Positions 11,763 to 25,672 are shown, numbered from the stretch's first letter. The stretch: 64,000 nucleotides of DNA from Octopus sinensis (GCF_006345805.1 NC_043002.1:16120001-16184000), one strand, 5' to 3'. Translations and numbers: made by a program. Notes: generated from the letters alone by a model not told the origin.

Positions 11763-14333
11763 GTATATATGAATATTCATCATTTAGATATGCAGATAAT
11801 ACATTGCAGTTATGTCGTCACGTAAGGAACAGTTTAATGATTTGCTTGTAATTTCTAGAGAAATATTCTCTTCTTCGGTGCGTTTATATGTACGGTCTTC
11901 ATATATGTTTAACGGAATGTTGAAAGTTTCGGCTATTCCTATCATCATTGTCGCCATCATGACTTTTGATCTTCAATTTAATTAACATCAGTTTGTAAAA
12001 CCTTATATTTGACTATAAAAATGCAGTGATGAATTGATGAGTGGGAGGAGGATAGGAAGAGAAATGAGTAGGAGAAGGAAGAGGGGTAAGAGGAGGAAGA
12101 AGAAAGGGGAGGAGAATGTCGACAATAACTTTTAATACGACAAGGATGAGGAGTTTTGGCTGGTGGCCTAATAATTAAGGAATTGTAATTAGCATATAAT
12201 CACATTTGAATCTAGAAACACTATTAGAGAAGCCTCTTCCCTATGTCTTCTAACTAATTCCTTCCCAAATTCTCCAAAAGCACTTGATAGCGAAATTCCT
12301 TATTCTGCTTCCATCGCTCCGAGTCCAATTTATATAGAATAAAGTGCAGTTCATATAACTTGATTTTCTGTACGTTTAAAAGTTTGTGGGTGAAGCATTA
12401 TTATTGACGATATTGTTAAGGTTAATTAAGTTGAAGATAATGTAATACAGACTAAGGAGATATATTATTTCCATAACTAGGACACCATTACCGTTTAACC
12501 CTTTTTCTAAAAATTCAGTATTGTGTGTTTGAGTCGTTATTTTCCTGCTTTTTCATCGACTTTATGCATTTACTTATACGATATTAGCTTATTGGATCGA
12601 AGATGCGTCAGTTCGTGAATGTACTATTGGTGCTGCCGTTATGCTCTTGTCTCAATCAACCGAAAGTTTACGACCAACCAATGAAAAACGTTCGAAATAT
12701 CGTCATTAAATCTTTCAATGCGTATTCAATATTTTGTAAACAACACAGTACTGTGAGAAATATTTGGCTAATTTGAGTACGCGTAAAGGCCTGCATTTAA
12801 ACAATTTGTGACATTATTATTTGCAAGCTTCGTTTAAACATTAAGTACCAATCATTTCCTAGAGTAACTAGCTTAAATGCCTATATTTACGTCATTTCGG
12901 ATGTAATCGTGTATCTGCTGACTATGAAGGTGATCCTTATGGAAGACACTTCCCTGAAGCTGAACCTATTGTAAGCCATTCTGAAGTATGGAGACCGGCA
13001 GAGAAGGCGTTCATTCTTCCATGAAGCAAGATATCAACAGACGACACCTGAATGAGAATGATGGTCATATTGTGACTACATAACGGACAGCAAACAATTG
13101 TAACATATTAGATTTAAGAACAAAGAAAATAGAAACGCATTTCGCCAACTAACATCGGATGAAATAATATCAAATTATCCAAATAAAAAAAAAATGAGTG
13201 TTACCCATTTTGACAGATCCAGCAACAATATTTTGCAATCAGAGCAATCAAGACAATGTCAATAGCATTCAGGTTGCATGTTCAGGACAGACAAAAGATC
13301 TTGAATTAAGTTGCTTTTGAATTAAGTGAAGTAAACCCCCAGTAGAGTGATGAACATTATAGAATATGTCACACCACTATACATATATAAGTCTCTCTAT
13401 CTGTGTGTGCGTTTGCACGCGCACGTATGTCTGTGTCTCCGAGGAGTGTGTAAATGTGTTTGTATAATATATAACAATGCTATAATATAAGAAAGGAAAT
13501 TACTTGGCATTGTTTCTTGCAAGTCGAGTATGTATTTGGACACTCTCTTATGTTAGCTCTCTCTGAAATGTCAACGATTGCAATTTCTGGTAGTCTTTTG
13601 ACTCGAGTGAAAATTGTAACTATGAGTAGTGCCGCCCGAAGATGCCGTTAACTATAATTTTAACGTATAGCGCTAATACAAATTTTCATAGCTATTCTAT
13701 GAAGGTACCAGCCATATTTCGTTTGATTGACTGTGCGAGATTTCTAACATAATTATTTTCTTCTTATCACTACACGTTTATTTTGAACATACATAAATAC
13801 AAACACATACAAACACACACACAGAGAACACACAAATACACACACACACGTATATATATTTAGTAAACGCAATATATGTTTTTATTTTCTACTGTTAGTT
13901 TATTGCGATGAAAGTATACCAGACATAACTAAGGTTATAGACCAAACGAGAAAAGGCGGGAAAGAAGTAGATATGAGAGGTGGGTGGTTGAAACACCGGG
14001 TAAACAAAAACATACACTAAACAAAAACAAGCAGGGTTGGTAGGAAAATTAAAGTTATTTTCCCATTTGACAGTAAAATATAAGGCTATCGTCTGATTTT
14101 TATAAAGTTACGCCATGTCGGCTGTGGTTGAAGATTGCTCTCAGACACCGGGCGTGTCCTGCATGTTTCCTTTGTGTGAAACGAATATTAGCATATAAAA
14201 AAACAAAAACAAAACATATACTGTGTTTATTAGATTGTGTTTATCTCACAACAAATGGAGTACTTTTTTGTTGGTGGTGCCAACACAGAACAGTACATGA
14301 TATATGTGTGTACATAATATATATATATAATAT

Positions 14334-14447
<114 letters not shown>

Positions 14448-16000
14448 CAGACAACTTTTTTCAATCGAAGAGTTAAACATGATATATTCTTTTTAAACCC
14501 CGTAATTATTATATCGATCACTTTTGCTGAAACGCTGGGCTAAGGAATCGTAAACACACCAACACCATGCATACATTCATACACACACATATTTATATGT
14601 GTGTGTGTATGTGTGTGTAATGGGGATAATAGTCATAGTAGAACACACCTCCCACGTCAAGAGTGATATATATAATCATTATAATCACTGTCGGCCAGTG
14701 TCAATGGAGTAGAGAGTGCGGATTAGACGGTTATAGAGCGTCGTGATCTTACTGGTCTAACTAACTATACTGCCATACCACAGTGGACGTTATAAAAGCT
14801 AGACAGAGGATTGCAACAGTAGCGGCGAGGAATTAACAAATTCTCATTTTCAAGAATTCAGTTTAGATACATTTGAATGTATCTAACTATTCCTATTTTG
14901 AGGAATTCAGTTTAGATACATTTGAATGTATTATAGCTAAAAGCTAGTAGGTTGAAGTTAGAGGAGTAGGGGAACATAGACTACTAGTGCTCTAGAGGTT
15001 TTAATATTCCTTACCATTTGACATACAGATTCTCTATTAAGAATTTTAAGTAAATATTCTTTAGACAATTTTCTAATGGATTTAATTAAATAGTATTACC
15101 TTATATAGGGATAGAAAATATAGAAATTATTTCATATTTATTTGAATATATGTATATCCAATTCTATTAATATATAATCATAATTATCTAGTAAATGGTG
15201 ATTTTTAATGAGTTGAATTAAAAGAAAATGTTACACATAATATTTACTAACTGTGGAAAACCATTATTAACTTAGCACATATATCAGGAAACAATTAGAT
15301 ATATTAAAAAGTAATGGAAGGGAGGTAATCAAGATGAACTAAGTAAATTCTCTTGATATATAGAATTTTTGGCAATTATTTCATATTTATATATCTCCAT
15401 TTCTATTAATATAGAATCATAATTAGCTAGTAAATGGTGACTTGTTTTATTAATAGGTCGAATTAAAAGAATTTGTTATACATAATATTTACTACCCGTG
15501 GAGAAAGACTTCATCAATTTAGTAAATATATCAGGTGTCAATAAGATATATTAAAAAGTAATGGAAGGGAGGTAATCAAGATAAACCAAGTAATTTTCCA
15601 AGATATATAGAATTTTTTTTCCATCCAATATAGGAGAGTATAAAAAAAAATTCTAATTTCATTATATTCAGATTTATATATATAAGGAAATATCTTAGTA
15701 ATCTATGCAGGTTAAAAAAAGCTAGTATCGTATATTAATTTTTTATTTGGTTACAAAATATTAGGATTTGAAAATTTAGGATCCTGAAAATTCCTAAATT
15801 TAGGATTTGAAAATTAAGGAATTCCTAAATTTACGAATTTGAAAATTTAGGAATTCTGAAAATTCTGACCATTCCTAAATTTTCAAAACCTAATGTTTTG
15901 TAAGCAAATAAAAAATTGATATACCATACTAGCTTTTATTTAACCTGCATAGATTACTAAGTAATTTCATTATATATATAAATCGGAATATGGGGAATTA

Positions 16001-17923
16001 CAACCGTGTCTCGTGGTCTGCTACGACAACAGCTCCATTATAGGATCCAGTTAGCTCAACTCATCAGGAGGAACCACGTCCGGTTTCGGCCCTACTCTTC
16101 TACGTTTTTGAAGTGCCCCCCCCCCCCTTTCGGAGGTGTCTTCAGCTCTGTTGTTGGGTGCATGTCTTCTTTCTTCTTCTTTCTTCTGTTCCCTGGCCTC
16201 TTTGATGTATCGTCAACGAGTGTCAGCCGGTGACTGACTGTCTTGTCAAATTTTCCCCTTTAAATACCTGCCGCATAGTCTCCAGCAGGCAGCCCCAGCA
16301 AGTTGTCACGTGACAGTGTCTCACCTTAACTGACTAGTGAAGGCGCGTAGTCTTAGCCCATGCATTCTCTAAACGACCATCATCTGTCAGTCAGCGAAAC
16401 TGATTCAGTGTCAGCTTGTCTCATCTAATGACGTTATTTCCTGCCGGCATGTTATGACTTTCAAGCCATTTTTCGGTCTTCCCGCTTCAGCCATATATAG
16501 AAGCTGGCATTTTCGACCGCCTCCTGTACTCTCCTTATTAGTTTTCGCAGCTCGGAGCTAGAAAAATCAAATCTTCTTTTGAAAAGCGTTGTCATTTTCC
16601 TGTCAATGAAGCCTCTAGTCCCCACTGCCAGGTGATAATATTCGACATTCCATCCCTGTTCTCTGCATTCTTCGATTAGATTTTCGTACCTCTTCTCCTT
16701 TCGTTCCTCTGCATTGTCGATGTTCCCTTCCCAAGGTACTCTCAGTTCTAGTAAAATTCATATTCTCCGGTCTCTGTTCTGTCTTTTTGTTGTTTTTATT
16801 AGTGGAATTATTACTTGTCTTTCCAGGTCCGTGACCAGCTCCCAGTATCCCTTCCATCTTTCGTCTATCTCGTATACTTTACTTGTAGGCCTGGTTTTAT
16901 ATCCCTTTCCCTCCTTGTGGAAGTATACTTTCCTGCGCTTTTCTACTTTTGGGTACTCTCCCCTATTGTACCTCTCGATCTTCTCCTTCAGTGCTGCGCT
17001 TATGACGCCGAGGACTTGATTATGCCGCAATGTATATCTTTCTATTGCTTGTCTGCAATTTGACAGAACATGTCTAACCGTCACTTTCTACACTCAACGG
17101 TTGTTTTTATGTTCCACCGGACTAAGTTCGCCGGTGAGGGTAGAACATCGAAGGTAGACTTGACAGGAAGGATGTTCTTGCTTTTTCCTTCCATGATATT
17201 CTGCAGCTGATCACATATTCCTCCCATCTCAGGCATTGTCCCTGTTGACTGCATTGCACCAAATGTACATTTCGCCTTTCTTCTTCCTCATTTCTCACTT
17301 CGTATACCACTGCCTCTTTCATCTCTTTTATACTGCTCTTGCCAAATGGCCTGAAATTTTGCGACCCTAGGCTGGTTTTTGCTTCTTGCGTCGCTCCGAC
17401 TACATCTGGGTGCCTTAGTTTTCCGATCGCCCAGTTTACTGCTTCTTCCGTCTTCCATTTCCTCCCTATTCGTACCTTTGGAGGGTTTTCCCAGATGCTC
17501 TGATCTTTTGAATACCTTAGCATCATAATTGTCCTTGCCTTTCCTGCCTTATATTCTTCGGCGATTGGTGTTATTCGTAGTTGCAGCACGGATTTTCCAT
17601 ATAGTGCAGTTGTATTCAGTGATTTCGGCAGACCAAGCCATTTTATGATAAACACACTGCATCTTTGCTCCATCCTCTCTACTCTACTCGAGGTTATTTC
17701 GTACATTTGCAATGGTCACATTATTCGTGGGTACAGCCCAAATTGCAGTATCCAAAGTTGAATTTTCCCGGGAGCGTTGTTCTGTCAATTGCCTTTAATC
17801 CTAGTTCTACTAACTCGTGTATTCTTTCCGTTGCTTCTTATCATTTAATAAATCTCTATACTATCTGCTGAGACTCTTTATTGCTTGTTCTTTCACCGTT
17901 GGTATGTCTTCACCTCATATCCT
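16001..17923 (-). mobile_element. 5'-truncated HERO/NeSL-like non-LTR retrotransposon (restriction-like endonuclease type), frameshifted
   Basis: The minus strand encodes GLYPRIMWPLQMYEI, KWLGLPKSLNTTALYG, RIGRKWKTEEAV..KLRH..VVG, RHVLSNC..RYTLRHNQVL, ELVTDL and ENASFYIWLKRED. The gaatta TSD lies at 15995-16000 and 17924-17929. Confidence 0.8.
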
Positions 17924-18535
17924 GAATTAGAATTTTTTATACACTCCTATATAGGATGGAAAAAAATTCTATATATCTTTTGAAATTACTTAGTTTATCT
18001 TGATTCCCTCCCTTTCATTACTTTTTAATATATCTTATTGACTCCTGATATATTTACTAAATTGATAAAGCCTTTCTCCACGGGTAGTAAATATTATGTC
18101 TAACATATTCCTTTAATTCGACCCATTAATGAAACAAGTCCCCATTTACTAGCTAATTATGATTCTATATTAATAGAAATGGAGATATATAAAAATGAAA
18201 TAATTGCAAAACATTCTATATATCTAGAGAAATTACTTGGTTCATCTTGATTACCTCCCTTACATTACTTTTTAATATATCTTATTGACTCCTGATATAA
18301 TTTGCTAAATTAATAAAGTTTTTTTCCCCATTTAGTAAATATTATGTCTAACATTTTCTTTTAATTCAACTCATTAAAAAATCACCATTTACTAGCTAAT
18401 TATAATTATATATTAATAGAAATGAATATACATATATTTATATAAATATGAAATAATTTCTATATTTTCTATCCCTATATAATTTAATACTATTTATTGA
18501 AATCCTTTAGAAAATTGTCTAAAGAATATTTACTT

Positions 18536-19096
18536 TATATTCCTGCCACTCTATGTCACGCTGGTGAGACCCATATTGGAGTATGGGATTCAAGCCTCTT
18601 CTCCTTATCTCCTCAAAGACATACAGCACCTCGAAAGAGTCCAGAGGCTGGCTACCCGCATGGTTCATGGCCTCAAAAATTTGTCCTACGAAGAAAGGCT
18701 GAGGACGCTCGACCTTTATTCTCTTGAAAAACGCCGCCGCCGTGGTGATCTCATTCTCGCCCACAACATCATAAGCGGGAAGTGTAACCTCTCGAAAGAG
18801 CTGTTCTTCACTCCTGCTCCGGAGCGTCGGCTGCGGGGTCATTCCGAAAAGCTCTACCTGCGACGATTTCATCTCAATCGAAGGAGAGGAGCTTTCTCCG
18901 TCCGGGTTGCGGATCCGTGGAACAAGCTGCCAGACGAGATGGTGAAGATACCGACGACCGCTTTGTTCAAAGCCTCCCTGGACCTCAAGTGGCCTGAACT
19001 CTTTACATGAACACCACCCTGTACTTAACTCCATGTCCCCCTACATGGCCTTGCTATTTGCTTTTGAGCCAAATTAACTAACTAACTAACTAACTA
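18536..19096 (+). mobile_element. 5'-truncated CR1-clade LINE with (TAAC)n tail
   Basis: The uninterrupted frame RPILEYGIQASSPY..LERVQRLATRMV..SYEERLRTLDLYSLEKRRRRGDL..RLRGH..RVADPWNKLP matches the CR1 ORF2 C-terminus. It has a (TAAC)n tail, with actt duplicated at 18532-18535 and 19097-19100. Confidence 0.9.
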
Positions 19097-19757
19097 ACTT
19101 AAAATTCTTAATATAGAATCTGGATGTCAAATGGAAAGGGACATTAAAACCTCTAGAGCCCTAGTAGTCTATGTTCCCCTACCCCTCTAACTTCAACCTA
19201 CAAGCTTTTTGCTATAATACATTCAAATGTATCTAAACTGAATTCCTCAAAATGGAAATAGGCTTATGATTTTGACATTTGTACTACCTCTTCCTATATC
19301 TATAATTACAAAAAGTTCTTTGTCACCATCCAAACAAAAATAAAATCTCCCTCCTTACAGACATATCTAAATAACAAAGTGAAAAAATCTACAGTCAGAG
19401 AGTGAATTTACTACTATCATGTTCTTAAGCATGAAATCAACCTCTTTGTCTATATATCTACCCTCCTTATAATGTTGGTAAATGAAATGGAGATAAGAAT
19501 GTGCATTGTCCGTTTGATTGGAAAACTCTATAAGTGGCTGAAGATTGCTCGACATTTTAAAATTGATGTAATACTTACAGTGATTAATAAAATGAAGTAG
19601 CAGGAGACAATTGTACTACTCTACCTCGGATATACTTGTTGCTTATTTTGATTATAATCACCCCATTTGATTTGTATGGATAATACCATAGAAAATTCTG
19701 GTGCCTATGACTTAAGTACCATATCCATCTGAATCTAAATTCTCCTGACTTATATAC

Positions 19758-19814
<57 letters not shown>

Positions 19815-19817
19815 CAT

Positions 19818-19970
19818 ATGGTCTCCTTTAGGTTTTCGCCTACCAATTCATTTACAAGTCCTTGGTCATTAGGAGGGTATATTAGAAAACTCTTGCCCAA
19901 GTTTCGATGCAGTGGGAGAGAACCCGGCACCTTGTGATAGTTAAGCGACCTTCATATTACACGGACATAG
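19818..19970 (-). mobile_element. SINE family 1, diverged 5' half
   Basis: ttttcgcctaccaattc..ttgcccaag..gcagtgggag.gaacccgg matches the reverse complement of the family 1 head. Confidence 0.55.
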
Positions 19971-21358
19971 ATAGATAATATAAGAGATATACATTTTCTT
20001 ATGCTTTATGTTAGCATTTACACAAATTCTCTTTTATTATCTATATGTGTGTGTGTATATATATATATTTAGTACTTCTATACGTGTGCATTAAGTCGGT
20101 ATGTCTCTCTCTTGCACAGAACCATATATTATATATCTGCACGATCGCAAATAAAGAAATAATTGTATAGCAATTGTTTTTCAAAGAAATGAATGTTATT
20201 TACAACATGCATCAAACCTTTCTAGCAGTGCATGTCTATTAAGTAGACATGGGAAGAAAATATAATAGGCCAAATAATAATTACATCAGCTGAATATTTT
20301 TATTTCGAGCTGTCTACAAAGTACTTTCATGTTTGTTTTTGTGTGGTATATATTTTAACCCTTTTGTTTTCTGTAAAGCGTTAGACAGAGACGAGCAGAA
20401 ACTACCAATGAATGACAATTAAATGTTTGTCGTTTAAATAACCTTGATAAAGGCAAATATTTGCTAACAATGTGACTTGAACTATTCTTTTTATTTTGCT
20501 AGATCGTTGAAGAATGGAAGAGAAAACAAGTCTGTGATTTGGAAATTAAAGATTGCAGATACTTGGAAAATACCAGGAATACAGATTTTAAACCAGTCAT
20601 ATAATTAATTCGTACAGCCAGATTATTTCTATACTTCTGATACGCCAGTATTTCCTTTCCCTATATATTAGCTTCAGATTGATAACACAATCTGCTTGCA
20701 AATTAATACGTGGTCTGTGTGCAGCAACTTTACTTGAATAACCAGATATTTAGAAAAACTAACTTAAACTTTGTTCGATATTCTATCATTCAGTAAACAT
20801 CTGAATGCTTCTAGATCACTTACATTCGTTCACTCTTTCATATAAACTTTTGCTTTCCTTGTTCTTCCTGTTCTTCCAATATTTCTTATCTCCTTCTCCA
20901 GTTCTCTTACGTTACTTTCTAATTTTATTGTGCTGAATTTGATTCATAATTACAGCATTTGACATAACACGACGTTACGTTGAGAGATAAATCCGAATGT
21001 AAACCATATATTTATACAATGTTTTATCTCTCGGACTGACACAATCAATCACAAATCATGAATTTCATTGCACGGAGACATTATATCTCAGAAATAGAAT
21101 ACCAGTTGAACAAACAATTCCCGATACTCACACATCCGTACATTCCCACGTCTCTGTATGAGTGTATATGTATATATACATCTAAATATATATATATGTG
21201 TATGTTTTTATGTGTGTGTGCGTGTAAGTTCACGCACACAGTTATCTATTAGTATGCACACAGAATGAAGAGTAAATAAATTGATAGGGAGATATAGATA
21301 GGTAGTGAGTGCAAAGAAGAAAAAAATTAAACAAAAACACAGAAAAACAGAAAGAGAA

Positions 21359-21399
<41 letters not shown>

Positions 21400-22207
21400 G
21401 AGAGTTGTATTTTCTAGGAAGGTAAACATGCGAAAAGCTATCAAACATCAAGTGTTTTATCTCAGCAGCCGAAAGGAAATATGATTCATGGAATGCTATT
21501 CGCATTCCAATTGAAGCGCAATACATACCAGAAGGAAATATGTACACAAGCAAAATTCGGAATAAATAACTTATTTCGCCCTATCATTTATCTGCAGATT
21601 ATAATAATCCAATGTCGAGTTGACCTGAAAAGACACAGTGACAAAATGCCTAGAAGTATTTTGGAAAGTAGGAGACGATTTGATAACTGAATACATCGTT
21701 TTTCTGTTGTCGACTGGAATCTCGTGTAGCATCAACGTCGTCTTTTCATGAGCGCATCTAGGTGACAAATTTTTAGTAAGTTATATGAAAAATGTAACTT
21801 TCTCTGCAACGGACGATTGATATATTGGCTTGATTTAGCTTTGCTTTTGTATGTTGTCAAATTTATTTCCTGTTTAGAAAGTTATTTTGATTTTAGTGTT
21901 CTTAATGTTGTCGTTATCATTACTGAAGAAAAAGAAAAATTTATAAAATCTTTAGATATTTATATTTTCAGAAAACGCTGTGCAATTTTTTAGTAGCATT
22001 GCGTCCGTGTTTATGTGTTCAGTCCAAATTCCACGGATGTCAACTTTGCTTTTCATCGGAGTTGATAAAATAAGTATAAATTGAGGACTAATGTTGATGG
22101 CATCGACGTACTCACCTGAAATTGCTAGCCTTGAGCCCGAATTTGATATCAATATCAATTATATATGTTATACTAGAAACTGGAAATGTGCATGCATGAT
22201 ATAAAAT

Positions 22208-22368
22208 GATGTTCGTGTGCTTACGTTCCCCGTAACTTGGCCGTTCGGCAAAAGAGACCAGTAGAATAACTACTAAGTTTACAAAAAATAAGTCCTGGAG
22301 TGGATTTTTGATTTGTTCAACTAAATGTGGTGCTCCAGCATGGCCACATTCAAATGACTGAAACAAAT
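22208..22368 (+). mobile_element. SINE family 1, 3' half
   Basis: ttacgttccccgtaacttggccgttcggcaaaagagacc..gtgctccagcatggccacattcaaatgactgaaacaa matches the family tail. Confidence 0.85.
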
Positions 22369-22849
22369 ACACGAAAATCTTGAATATTCATATATACAGG
22401 TAAAAGCGTAAATAGATATTTTAAATGGTCCATATCTCAGCAGATATATATGTTTGTATATGCATATATACGTGTGTGTGTGTGTGTGCGCGCCTCTGTG
22501 TGCGACCTCGCGCTTGTGTGTGTAAAGAGGCATATTTTTATATACAATAAATAATGGAATTCACAATGTATATTCTAACAAAGAGTGAAAATCTGCGAAC
22601 ATATGTGCATGAATTCTATGGAACTGGAGAAAAGAACTGTAAAAAAAAATGAATATTTGTTTGCCTATTTCGAAAAAAAGATCCAAATATTCTAGTTCTT
22701 CATCGAAGTATGTACTTATCAATCATACGCCTCGCACACACATACACACACACACAAGTATACACACGTCAATATGCATAAATACATTCATATATTGATT
22801 TATAAATACAGGCATTTAGAAACACATATACATACACTCACACACACAA

Positions 22850-23045
<196 letters not shown>

Positions 23046-23650
23046 TAAACATAACCACACCTATATTCCTGTAAAATATATGTATACAAATATGTATACA
23101 TCTAAATGTGCATGAATGCAACTTGCAGATTTATTTAAATGGACTTTGTACCTTGCATAATTACAGGTATTATGCAGGTATTTTGATTCATACTTAGAGA
23201 ACTCGATTACATATTTCAAATTTTATGGTTATTTTGAAAGGCAGACAAATAATTATGCACGGGTGTTTTTACTATGGATCTTCAAACAAGTATGGATTAA
23301 CATAAATATACATGCATGTTTGCACATGACAGAAGAATCTTTCAACATGTGTTCCACCTTTAATAATTTTAAAGCAAACCGAATGGAGTATGCCTAGCAT
23401 AAATATCATTGTTCGAGAATAGATATCTGGCATTGCAACAAGAATAATGCTCTTGGCAGATTGAGAGCAATTGTTCTGCTTGGGGAATTAGCGAAATACA
23501 TGTACGAGGTATGAAGACTGCACCATTATTTAACACATACACGTACGTACGCATGCACACACACATGTACTCATATATATGTACATCACTTTCTCTCATT
23601 CCTCTGTCTCTGTCTCTCTCCATCTGTGTGTGTGTATGTATGTATATATA

Positions 23651-23691
<41 letters not shown>

Positions 23692-24003
23692 TGGAGCGTT
23701 CTGTCAGTTACAACAACGAGGGTCCCAATGATACGATCAACGGATGAGCTTGCTCGTGCAAGTGGCTGAGCACTCCACAGACACGAATATACTTAACGTA
23801 ATTCTGAAGGAAATTCAGCATGAGGCAAAGTGCGACATGGCCGTCCATTTGAAATACAAGTACTACTCATTTTTGCCAGCTAAGTGGACTGCAACAACAT
23901 GAAATAAAGTGTATTGCTCAGGGCTAAAACGCATCGCCGGGAATTGAACTCACGACCTTACGATTGTGAGCTGAACGCCTTAACCACTAAGACACGCACC
24001 TTC
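23692..24003 (-). mobile_element. tRNA-derived SINE family 2a
   Basis: The minus strand has A-box tcttagtggttaagg and B-box gagttcaattcc. The centre tgagcaatacactttatttcatgttg..gctggcaaaaatgagta is shared with 34511-34755, followed by a different tail. Confidence 0.85.
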
Positions 24004-24127
24004 ACACACATACGCACAGACAAACACACACGCACCCCCCAAATCCTCTATATAAAATCCCAGCTGTTTCTTGAAGCACTTTTGCTTATTCTGTAATAAC
24101 AATCCAGTATGTATTTCCTGGTCTCTT

Positions 24128-24388
<261 letters not shown>

Positions 24389-24768
24389 ATAATGTATAGC
24401 TGTATTTTAATACTTTTGTGATAACCAGTACTTAACACAACAAAGCTTATACAAAGCTTTACATTTTACTTTTGACAATCTTTTTCTAAAAAAGTGAAAC
24501 CGGTCAAGTGAATAAACGTCTTTAAAATTGCATTTTCAAAATTCCATATATGCATACACACACACAGACATACAAACATAGATTGCTTCAAGTGATGTAC
24601 AGATATTATATAATAAGAAATAGAAGCAGACAGAATTTCGGATATTTGTTTAATAGCGCTTTCCTCTGTTAATGAGGAATCTTCAGATAAATAAGTTCTG
24701 GTGTTGTTTTGTTTCGTTTAGAAAATGAGAAAAGGAAAAGGAGAAAAGAGGGGAAGGAATGGAGGGGA

Positions 24769-24827
<59 letters not shown>

Positions 24828-24988
24828 CATATTTTAGGCAGAATGGTAAATATGTATACCATTCCGCCTAAAAATGGTTATACAACTTCAATATCCCTGC
24901 ATATCTTGCATCCATTTACTTTCCTCTACCTCACTCTCTATTTTGTATTACATCTAAACTAACTATAACATATCCATCCTCCCACGCC

Positions 24989-25040
24989 GTCTCCGATGAA
25001 GGGATATAATGAATAAATATCCTGGAAACAGCTGTAAGAC
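24989..25040 (+). ncRNA. Degenerate type I hammerhead motif, probably a Penelope-like terminal repeat relic
   Basis: GTCT-CCGATGA-A-GGGATAT(9 nt)ATATCCT-G-GAAAC-AGCT-GTA-AGAC. Helix I is GUCU/AGAC, stem II has 7 bp, helix III is the palindrome ACAGCUGU and the triplet is GUA. The core has a U4>C change. Confidence 0.65.
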
Positions 25041-25255
25041 CTTCTATCTCTAATGTTCTATTATCTACACAGCCTTGGTTTTTTATCTCATTACTAAAAA
25101 TTTCTTACATATATGTATGTATATATAATTAATAATAGCAAAGGGTAATCAGAAATATTAGAAATTTCCATGACCAGTGGCCTAGCGTGTAAAAATTTAG
25201 TCAATAGACTATATATTATTCACATAAATACAATGTACATTAAACACATAAGATT

Positions 25256-25672
25256 CATCCATCGTAGGATTTCTTGCACGGTAAAGAGAACAGTTTAATT
25301 CCAAATCACTATTAGGGAAATAATATCGAAGGGAATGAAAAATAAAAACATTTACCATCTAACTCCGGGACCAATGGTTTCAGACTTTTGTTAGCAAATA
25401 AAATAATTTGCTTGAAGAAGTCTTCTTTAGCAGGTACACCTTAGATTAAATATATGTACGCGAGGCAATCCAGTATATGCCCCGTGCATATATACTGGAT
25501 TGCCGTGCATATATACTGGATTGCACCGTGCATATATACTAAAAAGTCTGAAACCATTGGTCCAGGTGTTAGATGGTAAATGTTTTCATATTTCATTTCC
25601 TTCGAAGTTTATTCCCAATAGTGGTTTTGAATTTAACTGTTTTCTCTAGCCTGCAAGGAATCCTATGATGGA
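25256..25672. mobile_element. MITE/foldback-like element with ~135-bp imperfect inverted arms
   Basis: 25256-25389 is reverse-complementary to 25542-25672 (for example catttaccatctaac..ggaccaatggtttcagactttt). The spacer holds a hairpin and tandem cgtgcatatatactggattgc units. Confidence 0.75.

Larger units (their letters stand above)
14887..19261. mobile_element. Foldback-type palindromic element (~940-bp arms) with two nested LINE insertions
   Basis: The left arm 14887-15822 is the reverse complement of the right-arm segments 15822-16000, 17924-18535 and 19101-19261. Each arm has a ~248-bp internal tandem duplication. The centre is made of tttgaaaatttagga-like subrepeats. There is no ORF. 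Confidence 0.85.

Noticed and set aside
12490-12510. ttaaccct piggyBac-like terminus (also near 20355)
   Set aside because: I found no matching opposite terminus at a plausible distance.
12900-13060. Exon-like, moderately GC-rich island
   Set aside because: Only short frames with no recognisable motif or clear splice boundaries.
16050-16150. Hammerhead in the HERO 3' region (minus strand: CTGAAGA..GAAA and GAAAC..CTGATGA)
   Set aside because: The motifs are present, but I could not form both helix I and a stem II closing onto GAAA in any topology.
22095-22180. Minus-strand CAG|GTGAGT splice donor and a possible small exon
   Set aside because: It is an isolated consensus match with no recognisable peptide and no partner exons.
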